Sequence record: MT133560.1
Reading direction: 5' to 3' (one strand)
DNA: 64,000 nt
The position numbers and the translations under genes were made by a program. Of the stretch, positions 37,762 through 47,690 are shown in pieces. The stretch's first letter is position 1, and the number at the start of each line of letters is the position of its first letter. The notes beneath the pieces were generated by a model. That model did not search any database. It was not told where the DNA came from and saw nothing but the letters and a program-made list of their open reading frames with translations.

Positions 37762-38094
37762 ATGCAGATTCAATTAGATCCATTAATGGTTTACCATGGT
37801 AGCACTAGATCTTTATTTAATGAAGATTCTAGTTTAAATGTTGTTGATGTAAGGGGCATTCAATTAAATGCTGAAGGGATAGCTGATAACAAAAATTACT
37901 ATTTTGATTATGGACGTAAGAAAGATGATGATGGTGAAATACTCACTATTTACGTACATGATCGAAATGTAGCTAAAGATTTTATTGTACTGTACGTTGA
38001 ATTCCATTTAGGCACACATAAATTTCATACGTATGTACATCCACAATATCGGCATAAATTTCCAGTATTAGTACTGGAGTTATTATTCGTTTAA
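37762..38094 (+). CDS. Hypothetical protein
   Basis: 110 aa, GAGGA RBS. Confidence 0.8.
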   Translation: MQIQLDPLMVYHGSTRSLFNEDSSLNVVDVRGIQLNAEGIADNKNYYFDYGRKKDDDGEILTIYVHDRNVAKDFIVLYVEFHLGTHKFHTYVHPQYRHKFPVLVLELLFV

Positions 38095-38100
38095 TATTAA

Positions 38101-38130
38101 GGGACTCTTAATGAGAGTCCCTATTTATTT
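38101..38130 (+). terminator. Intrinsic terminator
   Basis: gggactct-taatg-agagtccc-tatttattt. Confidence 0.75.
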
Positions 38131-38282
38131 TGCGTAAGTGTATATATGAAAAAGAAAGCATTTATTGAAACTAGTCTAAAATATTCAAACACCAAATATA
38201 ACAAAGCGATCATCTGTAATGAAATAAAATTCAAACGGTACTAAACATACTAACCCTATGAATTAAAACGCACGGTGGTTGT

Positions 38283-38681
38283 ATGAAAATCTATGGTTCT
38301 TCTTTTCATGAGGTCACACTAGAATATGGAAAACCCTTTATACGCAATGGGGTTTTAAAACATTTACCTGATCTAGGTACACCAGACTTAGGATGGACTG
38401 ATTTTAATATCCTTGAAATTATTCCAGGACCAGGTTATATCGATAAGAATACTCTAAACTTTTATAAAGAAAGAGATTGCTTATTTCCAGCAATCGTCAG
38501 GTTTACTGTATTTGAAGAAGAGCGTAATCGTATTATATCAACAATTAATGTTGATCTGGCGAAAAAGGAATTAGAGTGGAATAAGACTGATCGTTTTTGG
38601 GAAATCGAAAACTTTGCAATTAGATTCCAATTAACTCAAAATCCTTATTCAGTTTTATGGGCATCCAATGGATCACTATAG
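38283..38681 (+). CDS. Hypothetical protein
   Basis: 132 aa. Confidence 0.7.
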   Translation: MKIYGSSFHEVTLEYGKPFIRNGVLKHLPDLGTPDLGWTDFNILEIIPGPGYIDKNTLNFYKERDCLFPAIVRFTVFEEERNRIISTINVDLAKKELEWNKTDRFWEIENFAIRFQLTQNPYSVLWASNGSL

Positions 38682-39102
38682 GTGTCATATGCTTACAATG
38701 GTTCCGTTATACCCTGGTGTGAGAGGATATCTTGAAGACTCGGTATTTTCAAAGAATGGGATTAATGATATTGGTTATCATAAATGGCTATCCCCTAAAC
38801 GAGTGGTAGGTCCAGATGGGCTAATCATTAGTGAGGTAAAGATAACTCCACGTATAGCCAGAATGGAAGGCGAAGTAATTCTTAAAGTATGGGATAAATG
38901 GCGAAGAGCCCAGCCTAAGCTAGTTGCTACTGTGTATATTGATCCTAAAGATAATTCATACAGGGTAGAAGTAGAGCCTTTTTATGCATGTCGTCGGATA
39001 TTACTTGAAGTGGATTTATGGGCTCAAGTAATACCTGGTGACCGTGCACCATTTGTAAATGACTCTGTAGATGGTACATGGGCATCAAGAGATATTATTT
39101 AA
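38668..39102 (+). CDS. Hypothetical protein
   Basis: 144 aa. Confidence 0.7.
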   Translation: MDHYRCHMLTMVPLYPGVRGYLEDSVFSKNGINDIGYHKWLSPKRVVGPDGLIISEVKITPRIARMEGEVILKVWDKWRRAQPKLVATVYIDPKDNSYRVEVEPFYACRRILLEVDLWAQVIPGDRAPFVNDSVDGTWASRDII

Positions 39103-39401
39103 TGCTTATACCAATTAAACTTCGTAAGACATTTAAAAGACTGGGCAAAAGACATTCTAAAAGAGTGTTGGCTGCCCAGTCATCTTTTCTGCCGTTTGGT
39201 GAATTAACGTTGAGGAAGCAAAGAATGCCTAAGAAAAATAAAGAATATATTCTTGATGTTATTGATACTAATACTAAAGAACTACAGGCACAGATTAATA
39301 CGTTAAGTGAACTTGTATGTGAACAACAGAAACAAATTAGTTTATTAAACAGAACACTAGTTGAGTTACAAGATAATTTGAAAAAAAAAGATAGGGATTA
39401 A
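39102..39401 (+). CDS. Basic coiled-coil hypothetical protein
   Basis: TAATG coupling at 39102. Confidence 0.65.
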   Translation: MLIPIKLRKTFKRLGKRHSKRVLAAQSSFLPFGELTLRKQRMPKKNKEYILDVIDTNTKELQAQINTLSELVCEQQKQISLLNRTLVELQDNLKKKDRD

Positions 39402-39403
39402 AA

Positions 39404-39733
39404 ATGAATGTAGTTGATGAGTACCTACTTTTGACCTTATTCTGGATAGTTGTTTTATTTTCATTTATCCATGTATCGCAACGTTATAAACGAATTAAAG
39501 AAAAACGAAGAGTTGATTTTCTAGTTAAAAGAGAATTAGTATATAATTATTTCAAAGTAACAGATCCTTCTGAATTAACTAATGATTCTATAGAAAGTAT
39601 TATACTTAAATTAATTGGTGATAATTATAGAAAATTAACAGATATGCAGAAATTAGTAATTAGGGCAGCAGCAGGTCGTGGTTATATGTATAACCCTAAC
39701 AGACCAATTGGCAAACATTTGAAATATATGTGA
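39404..39733 (+). CDS. Membrane-anchored hypothetical protein
   Basis: N-terminal hydrophobic helix LLLTLFWIVVLFSFIHV. Confidence 0.7.
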   Translation: MNVVDEYLLLTLFWIVVLFSFIHVSQRYKRIKEKRRVDFLVKRELVYNYFKVTDPSELTNDSIESIILKLIGDNYRKLTDMQKLVIRAAAGRGYMYNPNRPIGKHLKYM

Positions 39734-39742
39734 GTTATAAAA

Positions 39743-40258
39743 ATGTCAGAAAACCGCCCGTTATATATAGCTGCTATTAAAAAAGATCTTTTAAAAACAA
39801 CAGGTTTGTATAAACCTTATAATGATTCACCAATAGCTGTGGTTAGTAATGAAACCAGTAAGTGGCATGTAATGCTAAATATATTACGGCATGGTTGGGA
39901 ATGGATTGAAATACCTGAAGGTGAGATTAAACAACCGGAAAATTACCATGACTATGTTATTCTAGCATTAACCACTGTATTAACTGATACTTTAGATTAT
40001 AAAAATGATCCTAACTCTGACAAATATGTCAAGCAAATAATCTGTACTGATGTAGCACTAAAAGTTGAATATGATAAATTAATCAATGTGCTAGAGACAA
40101 GTAACGAGTTAGATTTAGCTGATGAATACACCTTTACTAAACAAGGTAATCTCAGAGGATATTTCCATTATGATGAGTATTATGGTTTAGATGTACTGGC
40201 ATGTGCATCTTATGTGATCTGTTCACATATCGAACTAACACCTAGAAATGTTAAATAA
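39743..40258 (+). CDS. Hypothetical protein
   Basis: 171 aa. Confidence 0.75.
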   Translation: MSENRPLYIAAIKKDLLKTTGLYKPYNDSPIAVVSNETSKWHVMLNILRHGWEWIEIPEGEIKQPENYHDYVILALTTVLTDTLDYKNDPNSDKYVKQIICTDVALKVEYDKLINVLETSNELDLADEYTFTKQGNLRGYFHYDEYYGLDVLACASYVICSHIELTPRNVK

Positions 40259-40270
40259 TAGGAACTACTG

Positions 40271-40870
40271 ATGAAAAAACGTACCGCTTATATCGATCGT
40301 GCTAAATTCCGAGATTTTCTAGCCGAGAAAAAAATTAGCGTAAGTAGCCGACAGTGGATTGAAAAGAGCCACCCAGATCATAAAGAATATTACAAGGCAA
40401 TCCTAGATTACGTCGTATCTAATGTAAAATTCAAAGAAGAACGTTATATTGAAAAGGCAAATGAGGTTATTATTAATGGGTGTATTCGATATCATCTACC
40501 CATTCACGCTCAACGTGCACTAACTGTAGTTGAAGAAGAATTCATTAATAATGCTAGTCTTCAATTTACTTATCTGAATGATAATGATACTAATATTGCC
40601 AATATTAACTTTGAAGAAGTTCTTGATGCACAAGTAACTGAGAATGAAACTGAACTAAGACAAAGTTGGGAATATGTCAATTGTGATATCAACCCATCAG
40701 AATACTTTATTGATGTTGTTGATGTACCAGAAGAACTAATTCTTCGTCTATCTGTATTCCGTTTTGTACACAGTATCAAGAAACTGGAAGTAAAAGATAA
40801 GTTAGATCTTGCCGATGTTGTAGGTAAAGATCTAGTTATTGAAGATGGTAACGTTAAGGTTGTAGAATGA
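40271..40870 (+). CDS. Hypothetical protein
   Basis: 199 aa, AGGA RBS. Confidence 0.8.
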   Translation: MKKRTAYIDRAKFRDFLAEKKISVSSRQWIEKSHPDHKEYYKAILDYVVSNVKFKEERYIEKANEVIINGCIRYHLPIHAQRALTVVEEEFINNASLQFTYLNDNDTNIANINFEEVLDAQVTENETELRQSWEYVNCDINPSEYFIDVVDVPEELILRLSVFRFVHSIKKLEVKDKLDLADVVGKDLVIEDGNVKVVE

Positions 40871-40923
40871 TTTAAGGCTATTTTAGTAGCTTTATATTCT
40901 GATCTTAGCAACCTAGGTACAAC

Positions 40924-41292
40924 GTGATGCAATGTTTAACACACGTAATGAAGTTAGTGGCCGTATTAAGTACGTTGTTATACGTATCAAACCCACTAGC
41001 TGCATCGTTGGTAGTTGACGAGAATTACTGTAATGGTGTTGCACTTATAGCACATGCCACAGCAGAAGCACGTCAGCGTAAAACACCCATTTTACAATGG
41101 GAAGAAAACCTACGATCCCTAAAAGGGTACGGCGTGAAGAACAAAGATAACGTTCTTTACAATGTTCTCCCAGCAGCAATTAAAGAGGTGCACGTTGTGT
41201 ATTCACGTAGACAAAGCCCACGTGATGCATACGTTACATCATTTAAAACCTGTATGGATAACAACTACGGTAAAGCTGTGGTTGTAAAATAA
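40924..41292 (+). CDS. Exported two-Cys helical protein
   Basis: Signal peptide MKLVAVLSTLLYVSNPLAA (start may be 40948); YC..C pair. Confidence 0.7.
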   Translation: MMQCLTHVMKLVAVLSTLLYVSNPLAASLVVDENYCNGVALIAHATAEARQRKTPILQWEENLRSLKGYGVKNKDNVLYNVLPAAIKEVHVVYSRRQSPRDAYVTSFKTCMDNNYGKAVVVK

Positions 41293-41295
41293 ATA

Positions 41296-41320
41296 CCAGC
41301 CCTTCGGGGCTGGTTTATTT
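41296..41320 (+). terminator. UUCG terminator
   Basis: ccagccc-ttcg-gggctgg-tttattt. Confidence 0.85.
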
Positions 41321-41327
41321 CATCTAG

Positions 41328-41645
41328 ATGAGAATCTGTGGGTTGCAAATGTATAAAGTATTTGTTATATCAATGATAACACTAACGGCTATATCAACAT
41401 GTGTAACTTTCATTATTAATATAAAAAATCATTATATTCACTGGATGGGTGTTTATAAGGTTAGATATGTATTAGATAAAATGCCCAATGGCATAAGTTA
41501 TTTTTTCTATCAAAATGCTGTCCAAGACATTATAAATAAAGAATCATCTAAAATAACAAATCAACATATTTTTACATCTTTTATTTACGATATCAACTCA
41601 TTGATTATATTAAAATGTAATAATAGGGAAACAGCAAATGAATGA
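41328..41645 (+). CDS. Membrane-anchored hypothetical protein
   Basis: N-terminal TM helix. Confidence 0.6.
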   Translation: MRICGLQMYKVFVISMITLTAISTCVTFIINIKNHYIHWMGVYKVRYVLDKMPNGISYFFYQNAVQDIINKESSKITNQHIFTSFIYDINSLIILKCNNRETANE

Positions 41646-41928
41646 TATCATGACAGTAATTATAGGTATTTTGTTTCTGATTATAATGATGGCTTTAATT
41701 AACTGGGGTTATTATGCCATCAAACACACGATAAAGTGTAACAGGCTTTATAAAGAAGCACTATCAATTATTGACAATATGAGTGATGGTTTATCTGAAT
41801 ACCAGTATACAGTAGCTATTGGACGTTTACGTAAAAAGGCATACTCTATCGACCATTTAACTGCTGTTAAAATGTTTGAAGCATTAGACTTAGTTATTAA
41901 AGATAAGTCAAGAAAGAAAAATAAATAA
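41638..41928 (+). CDS. Membrane-anchored hypothetical protein
   Basis: N-terminal TM helix VIIGILFLIIMMALINW. Confidence 0.7.
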   Translation: MNDIMTVIIGILFLIIMMALINWGYYAIKHTIKCNRLYKEALSIIDNMSDGLSEYQYTVAIGRLRKKAYSIDHLTAVKMFEALDLVIKDKSRKKNK

Positions 41929-41937
41929 GCATAAATA

Positions 41938-41994
41938 GGAGAGCTATTTAGCTCTCCTTTATTGCATTAAATTTTTTTTGAAATCTATATTACA
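41938..41994 (+). promoter_or_regulatory. Terminator plus early promoter cassette
   Basis: ggagagc-tattta-gctctcc, then cattaaattttttttgaaatctatattaca (TATATTAC 41986-41993). Confidence 0.75.
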
Positions 41995-42029
41995 TATTTG
42001 GTCAAGTCATATCAAAATAGGTAGTTATA

Positions 42030-42203
42030 ATGCTAGCATTACATTCACTACTATTATTAGTTATAGTGATTTGTTATATAATTCATAAGTGGTTGTGGTA
42101 TACTTTCAATATGTTTAAACTAAAAGACATTATTAAAAATAAAGACAATTTAACTAATGATGAACTATTAAAATTACTCATTGATAAAATAAAGGCAACC
42201 TAA
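42030..42203 (+). CDS. Small membrane protein (57 aa)
   Basis: MLALHSLLLLVIVICYIIHKWLW..; AGGT RBS; TAATG coupling to the next gene. Confidence 0.6.
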   Translation: MLALHSLLLLVIVICYIIHKWLWYTFNMFKLKDIIKNKDNLTNDELLKLLIDKIKAT

Positions 42204-42670
42204 TGTATCCATTCTTTACAGGTAATGAGAAAGTTACTGTAGATGTTCTTGATGATAAACATAATCTACATAGAAGTTGGACTGATTATAAACATCCCAT
42301 CACGACGCGTGTGGACGGTAAACTAACCAATGTGTGGTATAAAGTTGAACCACCGATGAGTGCTAAGGATATTGAAAATAACTTTACAATTGACAAAGAT
42401 AAAGTTAAATTATCTAATCGTTTGCACCAAGCTTTAGATGCAACGTTGATTAAAAATGAATTAGAAGAGTTTAACAAATTAATTGATCTATGCGTAAAAC
42501 ATGTTAATTCAGTTAGTATTCATCTAGGTCTTACTATTTGGAAATTAGCAGATACTGTAAAATATGAAAAAGCAGATTTAAAGAAACTATTTAATGCACA
42601 TTATACCAAATCTACTGAACTTGTAAAAGAAAAGAATATAGTGCCCTCAGTAGAAGATATCTTCCTATAA
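42203..42670 (+). CDS. Hypothetical protein
   Basis: 155 aa. Confidence 0.75.
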   Translation: MYPFFTGNEKVTVDVLDDKHNLHRSWTDYKHPITTRVDGKLTNVWYKVEPPMSAKDIENNFTIDKDKVKLSNRLHQALDATLIKNELEEFNKLIDLCVKHVNSVSIHLGLTIWKLADTVKYEKADLKKLFNAHYTKSTELVKEKNIVPSVEDIFL

Positions 42671-42692
42671 TTTATTTAAAGGTAATACAAAT

Positions 42693-43601
42693 ATGCTAAA
42701 GGTAAAATCATTACTCACTGGCCATATTCTTCGAGCTACCTATGATTGGTTTCTTGAGAATAACTTCAGAGATATTCTAATTGTAGCACATACTCAATTA
42801 GTACCTGATTTATCTGAGGTAGCTCTAAAGCATGCGAAAGAAGATCACACTATCACTTTCAATATCCATCCACGCTGTGCAAAGAATTTTTATATCAGTG
42901 ACGAATATATCTCTTTCAATGTAACAGTAAATGGAGTTGGGGTCAGTATTAAACTTCCTCTTTATGCAGTATTGGGTGTAGTTACACCTATTGATGATAA
43001 TTCTAACGCATTCTTTGAAATGCCACTAGTAGATAGATATCTCAATGCAGATACTATTCGTGCAACATTAGAAGGAACTGTTAATAATGTAGTTGACAAA
43101 AACCCAGTATTAACTACCGTAGGTAATGTCACTGAGGTTAATTTTAAAAATAAAGCCGATACCACTAATGGTAAGTTAGTTGTAAGGAATACATCTGAGA
43201 ATGAGCATGATCAGATGATTGAAAGCGCCATTAACAGAGTAACTGAATTTAGTAATCCAGAATTAGATGCACATATTAGAGTAGCGGTAACTGTAATTAA
43301 ACAGAATGCACCAGAATTAATTATGGATTGGTGTGAGCGGGTTATTAATTGTACACGTAATGAAAACTATCAGGATAACATCAATGTACTTATGATGGAA
43401 CTCCTCAGTTACCCTATTTCAAATGTGGTTAGTGAATCAACTGTGGACTCGGGTGATAATACATCTAATTCATTTGACAATGATGTAAATAAGATGGTTG
43501 AGGATTTCAATAATTCTTCCAATTCGCAGGTTATTATTAATAAACCTTCTCGTCCTACCGGTACACCAAAACTCACTGTTATTAAAGGTGGTAAGAAATG
43601 A
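42693..43601 (+). CDS. sspB: SspB-like ClpXP adaptor protein
   Basis: ILRATYDWFLEN, ITFNIHPRC, YISFNVTVNGV..LPLYAVLGV match the SspB core (LLRA.YEW.LDN, IVLNI.PRA, ..FNARFGG..VP.AAVLAI); C-terminal PKLTVIK tail. Confidence 0.8.
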   Translation: MLKVKSLLTGHILRATYDWFLENNFRDILIVAHTQLVPDLSEVALKHAKEDHTITFNIHPRCAKNFYISDEYISFNVTVNGVGVSIKLPLYAVLGVVTPIDDNSNAFFEMPLVDRYLNADTIRATLEGTVNNVVDKNPVLTTVGNVTEVNFKNKADTTNGKLVVRNTSENEHDQMIESAINRVTEFSNPELDAHIRVAVTVIKQNAPELIMDWCERVINCTRNENYQDNINVLMMELLSYPISNVVSESTVDSGDNTSNSFDNDVNKMVEDFNNSSNSQVIINKPSRPTGTPKLTVIKGGKK

Positions 43602-43855
43602 ATGCAACTTTAGCAATTCTTTTTAGTAGTATCAGTATCGCTGGTTATCAAGCCAATGGTGCATCGCAGTCAACCGCTGAGTTCTCTGACATGGCTACTT
43701 GTTTTAGCGCGATTGAGCGCATTCAAAAACTAGCTAAAGCAAGTGCTATTCGTAATAATGTAGAGACTGTAAAAATCAGTGATGGTGTTCTATTACGTTA
43801 TTTTTCTTCTAGTACTAGTAAAGTAGAACATACTCTAATCTGTGTAAATAAATAG
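43598..43855 (+). CDS. Small exported protein
   Basis: 85 aa, hydrophobic N-terminus, two Cys. Confidence 0.7.
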   Translation: MNATLAILFSSISIAGYQANGASQSTAEFSDMATCFSAIERIQKLAKASAIRNNVETVKISDGVLLRYFSSSTSKVEHTLICVNK

Positions 43856-43863
43856 GTACGGAT

Positions 43864-44571
43864 ATGTCTGAGAAAATGTATTTATCTTTTTCTGGAATTG
43901 GACACAATGACGTAATCAAACAAGATCTTAATGGATTCGTTCCAATGGATGTATCAACTATTGATAATGAAGTGGCTGATCGATTATTTTATACTCCATT
44001 CAATAGTTCTGAACCAGGTACCTCATTACCTAATGTTGCTAATGTGGTATTCAAGGTATTACCTATCCATATCGAGGATAACACTATCTGTGTTTTAGAT
44101 AGTTGTTCTAGTACCGAATACTCATTGAATGACTTAGTTGATACCAGTGTCTCATCATTAGAAACACATGGTCCATTAATAGATTTACGTAGTAGTGATC
44201 CAATTGAGACATATGCTAATCAGGCAGTGTATACTTGGTTAAATAAGAATATCTGTGATATCGAATTTGAAGTACATGGCGGGCTGCAAGTGCAACTAAC
44301 TGCTGACCAAGTGCGTTCCAATGTTAATGCATTTGTAGCAGGTATTGATCTTGACATCGACGATAAATTGATGGTATATGTGGTGATTAAAATCAATGAT
44401 CGTTTATACGATGCTTGGTCTAGTCAACATGTGGTGGAACCATTAACAATGTATCATGTGCAAGGTGGTCATGAGCCTATTGTCTATAGTGAGACCCATA
44501 TTGAAAATAGCCTATTGCGATATGCTAAAGAGAAAGGTTGGGCTGAAATTTTGACTCGTATTGGTCTGTAA
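43864..44571 (+). CDS. Hypothetical protein
   Basis: 235 aa. Confidence 0.8.
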   Translation: MSEKMYLSFSGIGHNDVIKQDLNGFVPMDVSTIDNEVADRLFYTPFNSSEPGTSLPNVANVVFKVLPIHIEDNTICVLDSCSSTEYSLNDLVDTSVSSLETHGPLIDLRSSDPIETYANQAVYTWLNKNICDIEFEVHGGLQVQLTADQVRSNVNAFVAGIDLDIDDKLMVYVVIKINDRLYDAWSSQHVVEPLTMYHVQGGHEPIVYSETHIENSLLRYAKEKGWAEILTRIGL

Positions 44572-44635
44572 TAAAAATACTTCTTATAGACTAATAATAT
44601 AGGTAAGATACTAGCCGATTGGTTAGTTGCGCTTA

Positions 44636-44655
44636 GGGAGTCCTTCGGGACTCCC
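44636..44655 (+). terminator. UUCG hairpin
   Basis: gggagtcc-ttcg-ggactccc. Confidence 0.65.
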
Positions 44656-44676
44656 GTATATCGTCTAGGAGGTTTT

Positions 44677-44970
44677 ATGTATACAGTTACACTTGAACAA
44701 GTAGGACACCGTATACCGTCTAGTTTAAGTGCTTTTGTAATTAGACCGTTTGAAAATACCATTACGCATAATGATACGTCTTATTACTTGATCATGGGTA
44801 AAGATGATTTCGATAACATGCACATGGAATGGCGAGATGTAGCTGTAGTTGATAGTCAAGCCGTTATAGTTGCTACATACACTCCATCGAAAAACTCATT
44901 TAATCTTGTAAAAAATGAATTAGGTATTCCAGTTAATATCAAATACAAACGGATAGAGGTTGATCTATGA
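44677..44970 (+). CDS. Hypothetical protein
   Basis: 97 aa, AGGAGG RBS. Confidence 0.8.
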   Translation: MYTVTLEQVGHRIPSSLSAFVIRPFENTITHNDTSYYLIMGKDDFDNMHMEWRDVAVVDSQAVIVATYTPSKNSFNLVKNELGIPVNIKYKRIEVDL

Positions 44971-44997
44971 TTACCAGTAAGGTTAGAGGAATGAAGT

Positions 44998-45198
44998 ATG
45001 GATCGTCTTGATGAAAGAATCGCATTCAGTGTAAAGTCGTACAAAATTTTCAATGCTCTCTCCCATGGCCGAGTTCGGGCATTGATTATTAACTTTAAAG
45101 ATGGTAAGGGTACGATCGTATCTATTAGTGATGATCGCCGCCATGATAAACATCTCTGGTTCAACTGTGGACTAGTAGACAATCCGAGGATCAAGTAA
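44998..45198 (+). CDS. Hypothetical protein
   Basis: 66 aa, GAGGA RBS, TAATG coupling to thyA. Confidence 0.7.
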   Translation: MDRLDERIAFSVKSYKIFNALSHGRVRALIINFKDGKGTIVSISDDRRHDKHLWFNCGLVDNPRIK

Positions 45199-46664
45199 TG
45201 GAACAATATCTTAATTCAATCCGTTTAGTTAAAGAACACGGTGTACATAAAGGTGACCGTACTGGTACTGGTACTCAGAGCATGTTTGGTCAACAAGAAC
45301 GTTATAGTCTGCGTAATAATCGGCTACCAGTTGTAACCACCAAGAAGATTCATCTAGCTTCTGTAATTCATGAATTGTTCTGGATGCTGTCAGGTGATAC
45401 TAAGGTGGATTACCTGATCGCTAATGGTGTACGCATCTGGAACGAGTGGGTTAAACCTGAAACCGCAGTATATGAGCCGATGACCGATGAGGCCGTTCTT
45501 AAAGCAGTAACTGCCCTCATTGGTGCCCCATTCGTAATGTACTTACATTGTATGAACGATGACTCTACTCCATTCATTGAGACTGTAGCGGAATTCGAGT
45601 CGGGTATGACTCCAGAGACTATTCAGGCCTTCTGGGATGAATATCCAGTTAACCGTGAGGAAATCCAATACATCATTGGAGTTAGCGTAACGTCGTGGAA
45701 TAGGTTCGCTACTGAAGGGTTCGATGAAGCCAAAAATCCTGAAGGTATTCGTGCTGAATATAACAAGCGACTGTATCGTGCTTTGATGCATAAAGAACCA
45801 GAGCGTCTGGTCGGCGGCGATCTAGGTGCTGTTTACGGTAAGACATGGCGTAATCTTGAAGACACTCGTGTAATCCCTAAATATGAGTGGTTTGATTATG
45901 AGAAGCGTGGTTTTGACTTCGTGGCGGATATCCCAGGTACAACCATGGAAACCGATCGATGCGTGGTTACTCGACGTATCGACCAAATCCAAGACATCAT
46001 CGATCAACTTCGCACCAACCCGGATTCTCGTCGGATCATTGTTTGTGCATGGGCGCCACATCTTATTGATGAGCAGGCACTCCCACCTTGCCACGCATTT
46101 ATTCAGTTCTGGACCCGTGAACTGACCGTAGATGAACGAGTGCAAGCTCTAGACCAAACCCAGTTCGAAGCTGATGCTTATCATGATAAGATTAGTGGTG
46201 AGATTACTCGTGGTCAACCTCCATTCGATAGTGCTGAGCAGGTTAAAGCACTTCTGCGTGTCTGTCGTGGTTATGAAAAGGCTACAGATGAAGCAGTAGT
46301 AGAATGGCTGGATCAACATGGTGTTCCTAAACGTGCATTGAGTTGCCAACTCTATCAAAGATCTTGTGATACTTTCTTAGGAAAACCCTTTAATATCACG
46401 TTCTACAGTCTGCTGACCCATATGTTAGCTAACCAAATGAATATGATTGCTGAAGAGTTTATCTGGACTGGTGGTGATGTACATATTTACTCTAACCACC
46501 AAGAACAAACTGATCTTCAATTAACTCGTGAACCGAAGGTTCTACCTACCATCCGTTTTAAAGAAGAAGCTATTGGTAAAGATATTCGGGAAATTGGTGT
46601 AGATGATTTTGTTATCGAGAACTATGAATATCATCCACACATTGCTGGTAAAGTTGCTGTTTAA
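45198..46664 (+). CDS. thyA: Thymidylate synthase with two large insertions
   Basis: KGDRTGTGT, TTKKIHL..VIHELFW, RIWNEW, LGAVYG, DSRRIIV.AW, LPPCH (catalytic Cys), QRSCD.FLG.PFN, GDVHIY.NH. Confidence 0.95.
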   Translation: MEQYLNSIRLVKEHGVHKGDRTGTGTQSMFGQQERYSLRNNRLPVVTTKKIHLASVIHELFWMLSGDTKVDYLIANGVRIWNEWVKPETAVYEPMTDEAVLKAVTALIGAPFVMYLHCMNDDSTPFIETVAEFESGMTPETIQAFWDEYPVNREEIQYIIGVSVTSWNRFATEGFDEAKNPEGIRAEYNKRLYRALMHKEPERLVGGDLGAVYGKTWRNLEDTRVIPKYEWFDYEKRGFDFVADIPGTTMETDRCVVTRRIDQIQDIIDQLRTNPDSRRIIVCAWAPHLIDEQALPPCHAFIQFWTRELTVDERVQALDQTQFEADAYHDKISGEITRGQPPFDSAEQVKALLRVCRGYEKATDEAVVEWLDQHGVPKRALSCQLYQRSCDTFLGKPFNITFYSLLTHMLANQMNMIAEEFIWTGGDVHIYSNHQEQTDLQLTREPKVLPTIRFKEEAIGKDIREIGVDDFVIENYEYHPHIAGKVAV

Positions 46665-46672
46665 CATAAAAC

Positions 46673-46698
46673 GCCTCCCTTCGGGGAGGCTTTATTTT
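46673..46698 (+). terminator. UUCG terminator
   Basis: gcctccc-ttcg-gggaggc-tttatttt. Confidence 0.85.
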
Positions 46699-46718
46699 CC
46701 TTTGGAGGTATACTTCTT

Positions 46719-47108
46719 ATGAACATTATCGAACTTAAACGTCAACTTTAACTCGCCGAGGAACTGATGGGTATAGACCCTGCTCCACTTAAAATCGGTA
46801 TCGCTGGTGATCGAGTTGATACTGCAACTCGATGCAGTATTTTCAATGGGAAAGATCCAGGTAGGGAATTCAGTATCAGTCTTGGAATTGTTAGCCGAAA
46901 GCAATTGCTTGAACACACTGACGATGCATTGATTCTCAATAAGCCCGAGAAAGAGCCTATTGTCATCCCATACAAAGCTATCTACGACATGCCTACTTCT
47001 CTTGAATTCGAGGAAGAACTGATCTCGGAAGGATGGTTGGTCTACAATATTCTCAGGACACCGATATTCATGTGGCTTGATGCTGGTAAAACAGAAAAAC
47101 TTAAATAA
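46719..47108 (+). pseudogene. Gene with in-frame TAA at codon 11
   Basis: GGAGG RBS, MNIIELKRQL*LAEELMGIDP.., TAA at 46749-46751 in frame with the 113-aa ORF. Confidence 0.65.
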
Positions 47109-47119
47109 GGAAAAATGAA

Positions 47120-47632
47120 ATGACTATGTCTACTCTTGGTTGGGATTTAAATGGCGGTGCTCTGGACACGCTATATCAACTAGTTCGTCATGGTTTCCGT
47201 GAACCAGGTGAGATCCCATCTAAAGCTGGCGCCGTCGATCTTGAACAGCTTCGACTGATTGATTACTTCCCGGATGGTTCCGGCATTGAGTTGACTCTAT
47301 TGGGTTCTGTTGTTGGTGATCACATTGTCAACCATAAAGAACTGATCGGTTTCAAGATTGACTTCGCTGAACGTTGTGGTAATGGTGAACTTGACGGTAA
47401 ACCTATTCGGGTACTGAGTGACCATGATGACAACATCGTCTTTGTTCGTGATCTGATTCAAACTGCGGGCTTCAAGATCTCTGATCTGACCAGCGAGCAC
47501 GATTATGCTGTATTCCAGATCAATGATCCAGATACTGATGGAAAGTATATTACTCTTTATCCAGGTGACATTGTTGTCAAGACGGGATCTGGTTATATTG
47601 TTCACACCACTACGGAAAACCAGAGTCGTTAA
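47120..47632 (+). CDS. Hypothetical protein
   Basis: 170 aa, AAGGA RBS. Confidence 0.8.
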   Translation: MTMSTLGWDLNGGALDTLYQLVRHGFREPGEIPSKAGAVDLEQLRLIDYFPDGSGIELTLLGSVVGDHIVNHKELIGFKIDFAERCGNGELDGKPIRVLSDHDDNIVFVRDLIQTAGFKISDLTSEHDYAVFQINDPDTDGKYITLYPGDIVVKTGSGYIVHTTTENQSR

Positions 47633-47642
47633 ACAGTATATC

Positions 47643-47666
47643 GGGAGTCCATTTGGACTCCCTTTT
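47643..47666 (+). terminator. Intrinsic terminator
   Basis: gggagtcc-attt-ggactccc-tttt. Confidence 0.75.
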
Positions 47667-47690
47667 ATATCGTAAACATGTGAGGTCCAA

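Noticed and set aside
45198-46664. Intron or intein in thyA
   Set aside because: The frame is uninterrupted, with no splice-junction residues or endonuclease motifs seen.
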